NCBI GenBank assembly: GCA_902514875.1
Contig: CABXSY010000003.1
Span: 31,139 to 95,138, forward strand
From: an uncultured Alphaproteobacteria bacterium
GTDB lineage: Bacteria > Pseudomonadota > Alphaproteobacteria > HIMB59 > GCA-002718135
Reading direction: 5' to 3'
DNA length: 64,000 nt
Shown: positions 47,052 to 56,651 of the stretch, piece by piece
How the letters are laid out: each line of letters begins with the position of its first letter
How positions within the stretch are numbered: the first letter of the stretch is position 1
The notes under the pieces: generated by a model
Seen by the model: the letters and a program-made list of their open reading frames with translations, nothing else
The model's database searches: none
Told to the model about the DNA's origin: nothing
Translations under genes and position numbers: made by a program

Positions 47052-48086
47052 ATGACAACATATAAAGAAGCAGGTGTTGATATAGAAAATACAGATGCCC
47101 TTGTTGAAGATATTTCTGAGCTAAGCAAATCAACAAACAGAAATGGAAATTTTGATAAAATTGGCGGATTTGCTGGAATTTTTGATCTTAAAAATTGTGG
47201 ATATGAAGACCCTTTATTGGTGTCTGGAACAGATGGCATAGGGACAAAAATATTACTAGGGATTGAAACTGACATTTTAGATGGTTTGGGTCATGATCTC
47301 GTTGGTATGTGCCTTAATGATATTCTTTGCCATGGGGCAGAGCCATTATTTTTTTTAGATTACTACGCTTCTTCCAAGATTGATAAAAATTCTTTTTTAA
47401 AAATTATGAAAAGCATCACTGAAGCTTGCAAGATAAATAATTGCTCTCTTATTGGTGGTGAAACAGCAGAGATGCCTGGGCTTTATAAAAAAGACGATTT
47501 TGATTTTGCTGGATTTTGTGTTGGTGCAGTAGAGAGAAAAAAAATTCTACCTAAAAGAGATGTCATGAAAGAAGATGATCTTCTATATGGGATTAGATCT
47601 TCGGGCTTTCATTCAAATGGATATTCTCTCATTAGAAAAGTGTTAAAAGATAAAAATATAGATCTACATAAAAAAACAGAATTTAAATCATCTTACGAAA
47701 CAAATGCAGCAGCCTTAATGGCACCAACAAAATTATATTTTCCTTTTTTAAAAAAAATTTTAACAACAAATATTATCAATGGTATTTCGCATATAACAGG
47801 TGGTGGTATTATTGGTAATGCACCAAGAATGCTATCTGAAAATTTGTCAGCAAAGATTGATAAAAAATTTATTTGTGATGATGAAATTTTCCTATGGTTT
47901 CAAAGTTTAGCCAACATTTCAGATGAAGAAATGTTGAAGACCTTTAATTGTGGATTAGGCTTGATAATGACTATTTCAAAAAATAATTACAAAGAATTTG
48001 AGCAATTAATAAAAGAAGAAAATTTAGATATTTTTGAAATTGGGAAAATAGAAATAAATAAATCATCAAGGTGCACAATTAGTTGA
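47052..48086 (+). CDS. purM: AIR synthetase
   Basis: YKEAGVDI, TDGIGTK, GGETAEMPG, HSNGYSL, HITGGG. Confidence 0.96.
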   Translation: MTTYKEAGVDIENTDALVEDISELSKSTNRNGNFDKIGGFAGIFDLKNCGYEDPLLVSGTDGIGTKILLGIETDILDGLGHDLVGMCLNDILCHGAEPLFFLDYYASSKIDKNSFLKIMKSITEACKINNCSLIGGETAEMPGLYKKDDFDFAGFCVGAVERKKILPKRDVMKEDDLLYGIRSSGFHSNGYSLIRKVLKDKNIDLHKKTEFKSSYETNAAALMAPTKLYFPFLKKILTTNIINGISHITGGGIIGNAPRMLSENLSAKIDKKFICDDEIFLWFQSLANISDEEMLKTFNCGLGLIMTISKNNYKEFEQLIKEENLDIFEIGKIEINKSSRCTIS

Positions 48087-48652
48087 AAAAATTACAAGTT
48101 GCTATTTTCATATCGGGAAGAGGTTCCAATTTGGAATCTCTAATACAATCATCATTTAAAAAACAAAGTTTAGTAGAAGTTCAATTAGTAGTCTCTAATA
48201 ACTCCAAAGCAAAAGGTTTAATTATTGCTAAAAAAAATAAAATTCCATTTATACATTTTATTCCAAGAAAAAATTTTGAAAACAAAGTCGTGAAGTATAT
48301 AAAAAATATAGACATCATTTGTTTAGCAGGTTTTATGCAAGTTTTAGACTCAAAATTTGTAAAACAGTGGCAATCGCGATTAATTAATATCCATCCATCT
48401 TACCTTCCGGCTTTCAAAGGATTAAATGCTCAGGATCAGGCCATAAAGGCTAAAGCGAGCTTTTCTGGTTGCAGTGTTCATTACGTAAGTGCAAAAATTG
48501 ACTCTGGAAAGATTATACTGCAAAAAAAAGTAAAGATTTTGAAGAAAGATAATACCGAATCACTCTCAAAGAAAATATTGATAGAAGAGCATAAGGTTTA
48601 TCCAAGAGCATTACAGATGATTGCAAAAACACTTTTAACAAGACAACAGTAA
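48083..48652 (+). CDS. purN: Phosphoribosylglycinamide formyltransferase
   Basis: SGRGSNL, LAGFM, NIHPS.LP, GCSVHYV. Confidence 0.96.
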   Translation: MKKLQVAIFISGRGSNLESLIQSSFKKQSLVEVQLVVSNNSKAKGLIIAKKNKIPFIHFIPRKNFENKVVKYIKNIDIICLAGFMQVLDSKFVKQWQSRLINIHPSYLPAFKGLNAQDQAIKAKASFSGCSVHYVSAKIDSGKIILQKKVKILKKDNTESLSKKILIEEHKVYPRALQMIAKTLLTRQQ

Positions 48653-48653
48653 G

Positions 48654-50141
48654 ATGAAAAATCGTCTAAATTTCCTAAAAAAATTCGAGATAAGGCAATC
48701 ACATGTTCCCAGATTTAATGAGGAGTGTGGTGTTTTTGGAATAAGCGGAACTAAAGATGCTGCAGCTTTAACAGCTCTTGGTTTGCACGCGTTGCAACAT
48801 CGTGGTCAAGAAGGTTGTGGAATTGTAAGTTATGATGGCAATTCTTATCACTCAGAGAGGAAATTTGGATTGGTTGGAGATAATTTTACAAAGAAACATT
48901 CATTAGATAAACTAAAAGGAAAAATTGCAATAGGTCACAATCGTTATTCAACAACAGGTGGTGAAACAATAAGGAACATACAACCTTTTTATGCTGACCT
49001 TCATGGTGGAGCTATTAGTATTGCTCATAATGGCAATCTAACCAATGCACTTCTTCTAAGAGAACAAATGGTACGTGAAGGAGCAATATTTCAAACAACA
49101 TCCGATACTGAAACAATTGTTCAACTTGTAGCTCGTTCAAAAAAGAAAGATATTTTAAATAAAATTATTGATGCTTTAATGCAAATTCAAGGTGGTTATG
49201 CTTTATCAATTATTGCTAATGGCACATTAATTGGCGCAAGAGATCCATTAGGTATACGACCACTTGTTTTAGGCAAAGTTAAAAATGCATTTATTCTTGC
49301 TTCTGAAACTTGTGCACTAGATATTATAGGTGCAAAATTTATTCGCGAAATTGAAAATGGTGAAGTTGTAGTTATAAAAGATAATAAAGTTGAAAGTAGA
49401 AGACCATTTCCAAAAAAACAAATTAAACCATGTGTTTTTGAATATATTTATTTTTCACGACCAGATAGTATTTTAAAAAACAAAACCGCCTATGAATATA
49501 GAAAAAATTTAGGCACGTACTTAGCAAAAGAAACCGAAATAAAACCTGATGTAGTCGTGCCAGTTCCAGACTCTGGTGTCCCTGCTGCACTTGGTTTTAG
49601 TCAAGAGTCTGGTATTCCTTTTGAATTAGGATTAATACGAAATCATTATGTGGGCAGGACATTTATTGAGCCAACTCAGCAAATTAGAAGTTTAGGTGTA
49701 AAGTTAAAACTAAATCCTAACCAAAGTTCTATTAAAAAAAAGAAAGTTGTTTTAATTGACGACTCATTGGTTCGAGGAACAACATCCACTAAGATAATAA
49801 AAATGCTATATGATTTTGGCGCAAAAGAAGTCCATATGCGTATTGCTTCACCTGCAATTAAATATCCTGATTTTTATGGAGTCGATACTCCGACCCAAGA
49901 AGAATTATTAGCTGCAAACAAAAATTTAGAGGAGATGCGCAAATATATTGGTGCTACATCGTTAAAATTTTTATCTTTAGATGGTCTGTATCAAGCTCTT
50001 GGATACGATGAGAGAGATAATGATAATCCTCAATTTACTGATCATTATTTTACAGGTGAGTATCCAGTCAGACCTTTAGATTACTTGAATGATGAAAGCT
50101 TAAAAAAACTATCATTTTTAAGTCTTGCTTCAAATAATTAA
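48654..50141 (+). CDS. purF: Amidophosphoribosyltransferase
   Basis: EECGVFG propeptide cleavage site, QHRGQ, HNRYST, IDDSLVRGTT. Confidence 0.97.
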   Translation: MKNRLNFLKKFEIRQSHVPRFNEECGVFGISGTKDAAALTALGLHALQHRGQEGCGIVSYDGNSYHSERKFGLVGDNFTKKHSLDKLKGKIAIGHNRYSTTGGETIRNIQPFYADLHGGAISIAHNGNLTNALLLREQMVREGAIFQTTSDTETIVQLVARSKKKDILNKIIDALMQIQGGYALSIIANGTLIGARDPLGIRPLVLGKVKNAFILASETCALDIIGAKFIREIENGEVVVIKDNKVESRRPFPKKQIKPCVFEYIYFSRPDSILKNKTAYEYRKNLGTYLAKETEIKPDVVVPVPDSGVPAALGFSQESGIPFELGLIRNHYVGRTFIEPTQQIRSLGVKLKLNPNQSSIKKKKVVLIDDSLVRGTTSTKIIKMLYDFGAKEVHMRIASPAIKYPDFYGVDTPTQEELLAANKNLEEMRKYIGATSLKFLSLDGLYQALGYDERDNDNPQFTDHYFTGEYPVRPLDYLNDESLKKLSFLSLASNN

Positions 50142-50161
50142 TTAATGAATTATTTTTTTTC

Positions 50162-51439
50162 ATGAACGTTCTTGTGATTGGTAATGGCGGAAGAGAGCAC
50201 GCATTATGTTATGGCATAAAACAATCTCCTAATTGTTCTAATTTATATTGTATTCCTGGAAGTGATAGTATCAGTGAGATTGCTTCTTCGATTATCTCAG
50301 ATGTTGATGATCATGATGCTATTCTTCAATTTTGTCTAGAAAATAAAATTGATCTTGTGGTGATAGGTCCAGAACTACCTTTAACTAAAGGATTATCCAA
50401 CCTTTTAATGAACAATTCTATATTAGTTTTTGGTCCTGATCAAATGGGAGCTGAACTAGAAAAATCAAAAAAGTTTACAAAAGATATTTGTAAAAAATTA
50501 AATATTGCAACAGCTGCCTATGATGTATTTGACAACTATGATGAGGCCTTGAATTTTTGTCAAAACCAGTCCTATCCTCTTGTTATTAAAGCTGATGGTT
50601 TAGCAGCAGGAAAAGGAGTTATTATTTGTCAAACAATGGAAGATGCAAAAGATGCACTGATTAAATGTTTTAAAGATAATTCTTTTGGTGATGCTGGTTC
50701 AGTTGTTGTTATTGAAGAATTTTTAGTTGGTGAAGAGGTAAGTTTATTTTCACTTGTTGATAAAAATGGATTTGTGTTACCACTCACGACAGCACAAGAT
50801 CATAAAAAAATCTTAGAAGGAGAAAAAGGGTTAAACACTGGTGGTATGGGAGCCTACACACCTGTTCCTTCTATTTCATCAAATAAAATGAATGAATTAT
50901 CCAAAACATTTGTTGAGCCTATTGTTCAACATCTTGCTGAACAAGGTATCAAGTATCAAGGAATGTTTTATGCAGGATTAATTCTAACAGATAAAGGTCC
51001 AAATTTACTCGAAATCAACGTTCGTTTCGGTGATCCTGAAACACAAGCAATTATTCCACTATTAGAAACAGATTTATTAGAACTCCTTAATGCATCAGCG
51101 ATAGGGACCTTAAATGAAATAAAAAAAATTAAGTGGAAAAATGATTATGCCATGACAGTAGTAATGGCTGCTCATGGTTATCCTGAGGATTATAAAAAAT
51201 TGACATCAATTAATAATTTGGAAAATCTTAATTTAACAACAGATGACTATCTATTTCATGCAGGAACAATGCTTAAAGAAAACAAATGGCTCTCTAATGG
51301 TGGGCGTGTATTAAATATCTCTAGTACGGGTAAAGATTTAAAAACTATTAGAGAAAATATTCACAATATAATCAATCAAATAAATTGGGATGAGGGATAT
51401 TATCGAAAAGATATTGGTTGGAGATATATTGATGAGTAA
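50162..51439 (+). CDS. purD: Phosphoribosylamine-glycine ligase
   Basis: GNGGREHA, KADGLAAGKGV, NTGGMG, RFGDPE, GGRVL. Confidence 0.97.
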   Translation: MNVLVIGNGGREHALCYGIKQSPNCSNLYCIPGSDSISEIASSIISDVDDHDAILQFCLENKIDLVVIGPELPLTKGLSNLLMNNSILVFGPDQMGAELEKSKKFTKDICKKLNIATAAYDVFDNYDEALNFCQNQSYPLVIKADGLAAGKGVIICQTMEDAKDALIKCFKDNSFGDAGSVVVIEEFLVGEEVSLFSLVDKNGFVLPLTTAQDHKKILEGEKGLNTGGMGAYTPVPSISSNKMNELSKTFVEPIVQHLAEQGIKYQGMFYAGLILTDKGPNLLEINVRFGDPETQAIIPLLETDLLELLNASAIGTLNEIKKIKWKNDYAMTVVMAAHGYPEDYKKLTSINNLENLNLTTDDYLFHAGTMLKENKWLSNGGRVLNISSTGKDLKTIRENIHNIINQINWDEGYYRKDIGWRYIDE

Positions 51440-52328
51440 TTCTTTTTTAGTTGAAGGAAAAACAAAAATTATTGAGAAAACAAATGATCAAAATATCATT
51501 CGAATTGTAACAAAAGATTTTTTAACAGGCGGGGATGCAGCGAAGAAAGAGGAAATTAAAGATATTGGAATACAAAAGACAAAACAAACAAGTAATGTGT
51601 TTAGTATGCTTACCAAGGCAGGTATTGCAACATCATTTATTGAACAAGATTCGCCAAACAGTCTTTTAAGCTACAACTGTAATATGCTTCCTTTAGAATT
51701 TGTAGTAAGACGTTATGCATGGGGAAGTTATTTAAGTAGAAACACTCAATTTTTAAAAGATAAAAGCAATCCTCATCAATTTGAAAACTTAGTTTGGGAA
51801 GTATTTCATAAACAAGCGGTTGTTATCCCTCCGCATGTTGCAGAACCTGTTCAAATGAATGAGACTGAAGCGAGAAGACAATTTTTAAGAGATGGAAAAT
51901 GGGAAGAGGGTGTATTTACGGATCCTTTTGTAAAAACTGGAGAAGAGTGGGAATTATTTTCTGCCAAGCAACCTATTACAAGCAAAAATTTGATGAAAAC
52001 CAAAAAATTATTGTCTGATAAAGAATTAGAAATAGCTATTAATGGAATTATTCTTCCAAGTTTTGAGCTTATTGAAGATAAATGGAAAACTATTAAGACA
52101 ATTGATGGTCCTATACATTTAGTAGATATAAAGTTTGAACTTGGTTTTAAAGTATCAGATAATTCTTTAGTTTTATCTGATGTAGTTGATAATGATAGTT
52201 GGCGAATATGGCCAGGAGGAGATCCAACCAAACAATTAGATAAACAATCTTTTCGTGAAGGAGAGGATTTAGTAAATGTTGCCAATAAATATCAATTGGT
52301 AACAAATTTAACCAATCAATTTAATTAA
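51432..52328 (+). CDS. purC: SAICAR synthetase (PAICS/ADE2-like sequence type)
   Basis: EGKTK, PLEFVVRR..WGS, VDIKFELG, DVVDNDSWRIWP, DKQSFR; ATG 51432 overlaps the purD end. Confidence 0.9.
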   Translation: MSNSFLVEGKTKIIEKTNDQNIIRIVTKDFLTGGDAAKKEEIKDIGIQKTKQTSNVFSMLTKAGIATSFIEQDSPNSLLSYNCNMLPLEFVVRRYAWGSYLSRNTQFLKDKSNPHQFENLVWEVFHKQAVVIPPHVAEPVQMNETEARRQFLRDGKWEEGVFTDPFVKTGEEWELFSAKQPITSKNLMKTKKLLSDKELEIAINGIILPSFELIEDKWKTIKTIDGPIHLVDIKFELGFKVSDNSLVLSDVVDNDSWRIWPGGDPTKQLDKQSFREGEDLVNVANKYQLVTNLTNQFN

Positions 52329-52338
52329 AATTAATAAA

Positions 52339-53382
52339 TTATTTTTCAATAATCGTTATATGACCCATTTTTCTTTTATTTTTAATTTCTGTTTTTAAAT
52401 AATCATAAAAAAACTCATTATTCTTAAATGTTTTATTTCGATAAGGCGTTATATCATCACCAATTAAATTAATCATTTTGGCATTATACAATTTTTTTGT
52501 CTTAATCTTATCTAGGCCGCATACCGCTCGTACATGATTTTCAAATTGACTAATATTATGCGAGTTCATTGTAAGATGCCCAGAATTATGAACACGAGGA
52601 GCAATTTCATTCGCATATAAATTATCATCAGCATCAATAAAAAATTCTACACATAACGTTCCAATGTAATCTAGTTTTTCTACAACTTTTTTTGCCCACT
52701 CAATTGATTTTGTTCGTATATTATCAGGAATATCACTTGGTATTGTTGAATATTTTAAAATTTGGTCTTCATGAACATTCTCAATAGGATCATAGATCTC
52801 ATAACTATTTTGATCATAACGCGTAATTACTACTGAAATTTCTTTTTTAAGATGAATGAGCTTTTCTAAGATATATTCTTTTGTAAAATCAATCTCATTC
52901 GTAATATCATCTATAGTGTTTAATTTATACTGACCTTTACCATCGTATCCTAACGTTGTGGTTTTTAACAAACCAGGAAGCAAGTCTAGATTTTCATTTA
53001 AATCTTTTTCATTTTTAACAGTCATATATTTTGTTGTTGTTATATTATTGTCATTTAGAAAATTTTTTTCTGTTTCTCGGTGTTGAATGAGTTGATTAAT
53101 TTCTGGTTTTGGTAAAACTTTTTTCTTTTCATTAATTTTTTTTAATATTGCAAAGGGAATATTTTCAAATTCATATGTAACAAGATCAATTTCATTAATA
53201 AAATTATTTATTGTTGTGTCATCATCATACTGACCAAAAATAAATTTAGTAGCAAAGTGTTTTGCAGGTGCATCAGGATCATCACTCAATATGACAGTTT
53301 TAATATCTATTTTTTTTGCAGCATCTGCTAAGAGACTTCCTAATTGTCCACCACCGATAATTCCAAGTGTGGGTTTGTTCAT
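52339..53382 (-). CDS. purK: N5-CAIR synthetase
   Basis: GGGQLG, YEFEN, GYDGKGQ, NEIAPRVHNSGH, RKMGH. Confidence 0.96.
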   Translation of the reverse strand: MNKPTLGIIGGGQLGSLLADAAKKIDIKTVILSDDPDAPAKHFATKFIFGQYDDDTTINNFINEIDLVTYEFENIPFAILKKINEKKKVLPKPEINQLIQHRETEKNFLNDNNITTTKYMTVKNEKDLNENLDLLPGLLKTTTLGYDGKGQYKLNTIDDITNEIDFTKEYILEKLIHLKKEISVVITRYDQNSYEIYDPIENVHEDQILKYSTIPSDIPDNIRTKSIEWAKKVVEKLDYIGTLCVEFFIDADDNLYANEIAPRVHNSGHLTMNSHNISQFENHVRAVCGLDKIKTKKLYNAKMINLIGDDITPYRNKTFKNNEFFYDYLKTEIKNKRKMGHITIIEK

Positions 53383-53385
53383 GAC

Positions 53386-53877
53386 TTATGGTTTTTGTTT
53401 AACAGCTTTTGATTGCTTACTTCGATAATTTTTTAAATTTTTCTTTATCTCTTTATTTGAAAGAGCAATAATAGATGCTGCATATAAACCGGCGTTCATT
53501 GCTCCATCCTCACCAATTGCCACACTGCCAACAGGAATGCCCTTTGGCATTTGTACTATTGATAATAAACTATCTAATCCTTTTAATTTACGACTTTCTA
53601 CTGGTACGCCGATTACAGGTATAGTTGTCAAGGATGCAATCATTCCTGGCAAATGCGCAGAACCTCCTGCACCAGCAATGATGACAGAAATATTATTGTC
53701 TTCAGCACTTTTGGCAAATTTAAACATTCTCTCCGGGGTTCGGTGTGCAGAAACGATTTTAGTTTCAAATTTAACTTTAAGTAATTTTAAAATTTTCTCA
53801 CAATTTTTCATGGTTGCATAATCAGATTTACTACCCATCACGATTGCTACCTTATGTTTTGTTGATGCTGAAATCAT
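53386..53877 (-). CDS. purE: N5-CAIR mutase (class I PurE)
   Basis: [29 protein letters not shown]. Confidence 0.97.
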   Translation of the reverse strand: MISASTKHKVAIVMGSKSDYATMKNCEKILKLLKVKFETKIVSAHRTPERMFKFAKSAEDNNISVIIAGAGGSAHLPGMIASLTTIPVIGVPVESRKLKGLDSLLSIVQMPKGIPVGSVAIGEDGAMNAGLYAASIIALSNKEIKKNLKNYRSKQSKAVKQKP

Positions 53878-53918
53878 TTTATTTTATTGTATCAATTCAA
53901 TGATGATTCGACACATTA

Positions 53919-55025
53919 TTACATAATGACATCGTGAACATTACTTTCGCGGGCTCCCGCTTTAGAAATAAATACAAATTTACAGTTGCCCTGCATTTTC
54001 TTGATCGTTTTATGACCTGTGTAACCCATAGAAGATTTTAAACCACCAACAAGTTGATACGCTACATCTTCTATTTTACCTTTGTATGGAACCATTCCTT
54101 CCACACCTTCTGCTACTAATTTTTTTGCATTCTTTGTTTCTTCTTGTGAGTATCGATCAAAAGATCCTTTTTGCATTGCTCCTACAGAACCCATACCTCT
54201 ATAAGATTTAAATTTCTTACCTTTAATAGTTAATAATTTTCCTGGTGATTCTTCAGTGCCAGCAAATAAAGAACCTATCATGCAAGCACTTGCACCGCCC
54301 GCTATAGCTTTTGCAATATCACCGGATGTTTTTATTCCCCCATCTGCAATTACAGGTATTTTAAATTTTTTGGCAACTTGAAATGTATCCATCACTGCTG
54401 AAAGCTGAGGAATTCCAACACCAGTTACTACTCTTGTTGTGCAAATAGAACCTGGTCCAATACCTACTTTAATTGCATCTACACCAGCACTAATTAAATC
54501 TGATGCAGCTTTTTTTGTTGCAATATTTCCAACAATAAGAGGCGTTTTCTTTAAAACTTTTTTTGCTTTTTCAATAAACTGTAAAGTTGTTTTTGTGTGC
54601 GCATGAGCAACATCAATAAAGACTATATCAACGCCCACTTTTAATAATTCTAAAAGTCGTAAATAGGCATTATTTTCAACACCGATTGCAGCTCCTACGG
54701 CAATCTGTTTATCAGAATTAATTACAGCCTTTTGAAATTTTTTAACGTTAACTTTAAAGCCATGAACTTTTTTAACTTCACTTGCTTGTTTATCAATTGG
54801 CATATTGCGGTGAATAACACCTAGACCACCATTTAGTGCTAGATTTATAGCCATCTTGTTTTCTGTAACTGTGTCCATGGCAGCAGAGAGTATTGGAATG
54901 TGTAATTTTACTTTCCCAATCGTTATAGAAGTATCTACATTTTTTGGTTTAATTTCTGAATACGCTGGTGAAAGCAGAACATCATCAAAGGTAACGGAAT
55001 AATTAGTATTGATCTGGTAGGCCAT
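53919..55025 (-). CDS. guaB: IMP dehydrogenase lacking the CBS subdomain
   Basis: [40 protein letters not shown]; ATG 55025 (TTG 55031 also possible). Confidence 0.93.
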   Translation of the reverse strand: MAYQINTNYSVTFDDVLLSPAYSEIKPKNVDTSITIGKVKLHIPILSAAMDTVTENKMAINLALNGGLGVIHRNMPIDKQASEVKKVHGFKVNVKKFQKAVINSDKQIAVGAAIGVENNAYLRLLELLKVGVDIVFIDVAHAHTKTTLQFIEKAKKVLKKTPLIVGNIATKKAASDLISAGVDAIKVGIGPGSICTTRVVTGVGIPQLSAVMDTFQVAKKFKIPVIADGGIKTSGDIAKAIAGGASACMIGSLFAGTEESPGKLLTIKGKKFKSYRGMGSVGAMQKGSFDRYSQEETKNAKKLVAEGVEGMVPYKGKIEDVAYQLVGGLKSSMGYTGHKTIKKMQGNCKFVFISKAGARESNVHDVIM

Positions 55026-55143
55026 TTCCAACTATATTTATTTTGTTTCGATTTGTTAAGTAAATAGTTCATAATTTTAAATTAAAAGATCTAAAATTTA
55101 ATATGTACTTGTAATAAAGAATAAATTCATATTATATTTTGCC

Positions 55144-56034
55144 ATGAAATTTATATTTTTCTTCTTAACTATCATTCTTGTTAATCTGAGCTTTGCTTCT
55201 GATAAAAAAGAAGGTAGATTTTTTGAAGACCAGCCAGATGTAAGCGATGATTATCAAATTCATTTTATTTATATGCTTGATAAAAACGGCAAAGATAATG
55301 AGTTGGATTTAAATGGTGAGATGGAGAGTATGGTTGAAGAGATGAATGAGAAAATGTTTGAATTAACAGGTAATAAACAAAAATATAAACTTGATTATAG
55401 ATTAGATGGGAAACTCGATATTTCTTTTGTAAGATTAGATGTAAAAGGAAGAAAAGAAGGGTGGAATAATAACTATCCGGATTTCTTCATTCAAAATCTT
55501 GGATTTAATAATCCCAAAAAATTATATTTTTCCTTTGTCGATAGTTTCACGCATAGGGATAGCGGTCAAATGGGAACCCATTCTGGTTATACTTTTATGA
55601 AAAGAGCGGGATCCAGAGAAGAAATAATTAAAATTACCATTCATGAGCTTTTACACGGTCAAGGATTTTCCTGGAAATGTACAAAAGGTAATACGAATAG
55701 TCACGTATCTGGTCCAAGTGTTTTAAGTAATCAAAACAATCAATATATTTTAGGTAAGATGATTTATGAGCACGGTGATGATAGCTGTCCTGATTTAAAA
55801 GACTCTATTTATATGACACCAACATCAGCTGATCCTTTTGATCCACTTCCCATGGTCTGTCATTTAGCAGAGAGATCAGGAAGAGCACACGGAGGCACCT
55901 ACGGATTTGAAGATCAGTGGCCAGCAAGATACGATCATAAAAAATTTAAAAAAATACGAAAGAAATCTTATTGGTGTACCTATAAATTAAATGAATTTGC
56001 TGATCCAATGTGGTTTAAAAAGTGGAAAAAATAA
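55144..56034 (+). CDS. Secreted hypothetical protein with HEXXH zinc-metallopeptidase motif
   Basis: Signal peptide; IHELLHGQG. Confidence 0.6.
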   Translation: MKFIFFFLTIILVNLSFASDKKEGRFFEDQPDVSDDYQIHFIYMLDKNGKDNELDLNGEMESMVEEMNEKMFELTGNKQKYKLDYRLDGKLDISFVRLDVKGRKEGWNNNYPDFFIQNLGFNNPKKLYFSFVDSFTHRDSGQMGTHSGYTFMKRAGSREEIIKITIHELLHGQGFSWKCTKGNTNSHVSGPSVLSNQNNQYILGKMIYEHGDDSCPDLKDSIYMTPTSADPFDPLPMVCHLAERSGRAHGGTYGFEDQWPARYDHKKFKKIRKKSYWCTYKLNEFADPMWFKKWKK

Positions 56035-56052
56035 ATAAGTTAAAAATAAATT

Positions 56053-56532
56053 TTAAATTTTATATTCAAAGTTTTGTGTTGTTGGATTAATTTTAATTAA
56101 TCTTGCACCATTTCTGATGTGATAATGTGTGGCAACAGGCGTTAATGGCGAAAGGGTAACTATACTTTCAAATTGGTCTTTTGATTTAATATATTTTTGT
56201 AATTCCTTCATTATTTTCTTACCAGCTCCTTTTTTGAAAGACCAAACTGTATAAGCGATTGGAATAGAAGCTTCATCTTCCTTCACACTCATCAAATCCA
56301 TTTCTTTAATCGTTGCAGGAATTTCTTTCGTAAAAGCAAAACAGGCAATACCTTCAATATCATCTTTATATTTTAGACCAAAAATTTTTCTGCCCTTTGA
56401 CGTACGAAATTCGTTATCAAGTTCTGGACGCACCGGATCATCATCTGGGTTCACACTTTCTAGTTCAACTAGTTCTGTTTTTTTTATCCAACTAAAGAAA
56501 TCAAATTCGTATTTGTATCTGCCAATTTTCAT
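56053..56532 (-). CDS. Hypothetical protein, minimal malonyl-CoA decarboxylase-like (GNAT-fold) domain
   Basis: VTLSP and PVA..YHIRNGA.L..IN motifs. Confidence 0.55.
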   Translation of the reverse strand: MKIGRYKYEFDFFSWIKKTELVELESVNPDDDPVRPELDNEFRTSKGRKIFGLKYKDDIEGIACFAFTKEIPATIKEMDLMSVKEDEASIPIAYTVWSFKKGAGKKIMKELQKYIKSKDQFESIVTLSPLTPVATHYHIRNGARLIKINPTTQNFEYKI

Positions 56533-56651
56533 TTTAAATTAATTTGAGCTTTATAAGATTTTCGAAATAAAGATAGTGATTAATTTGGTCCTTTAGACAT
56601 TAGATAAATAGTTTATTATCAAATTTTACTAATATAAAATTTATCTTTAAC

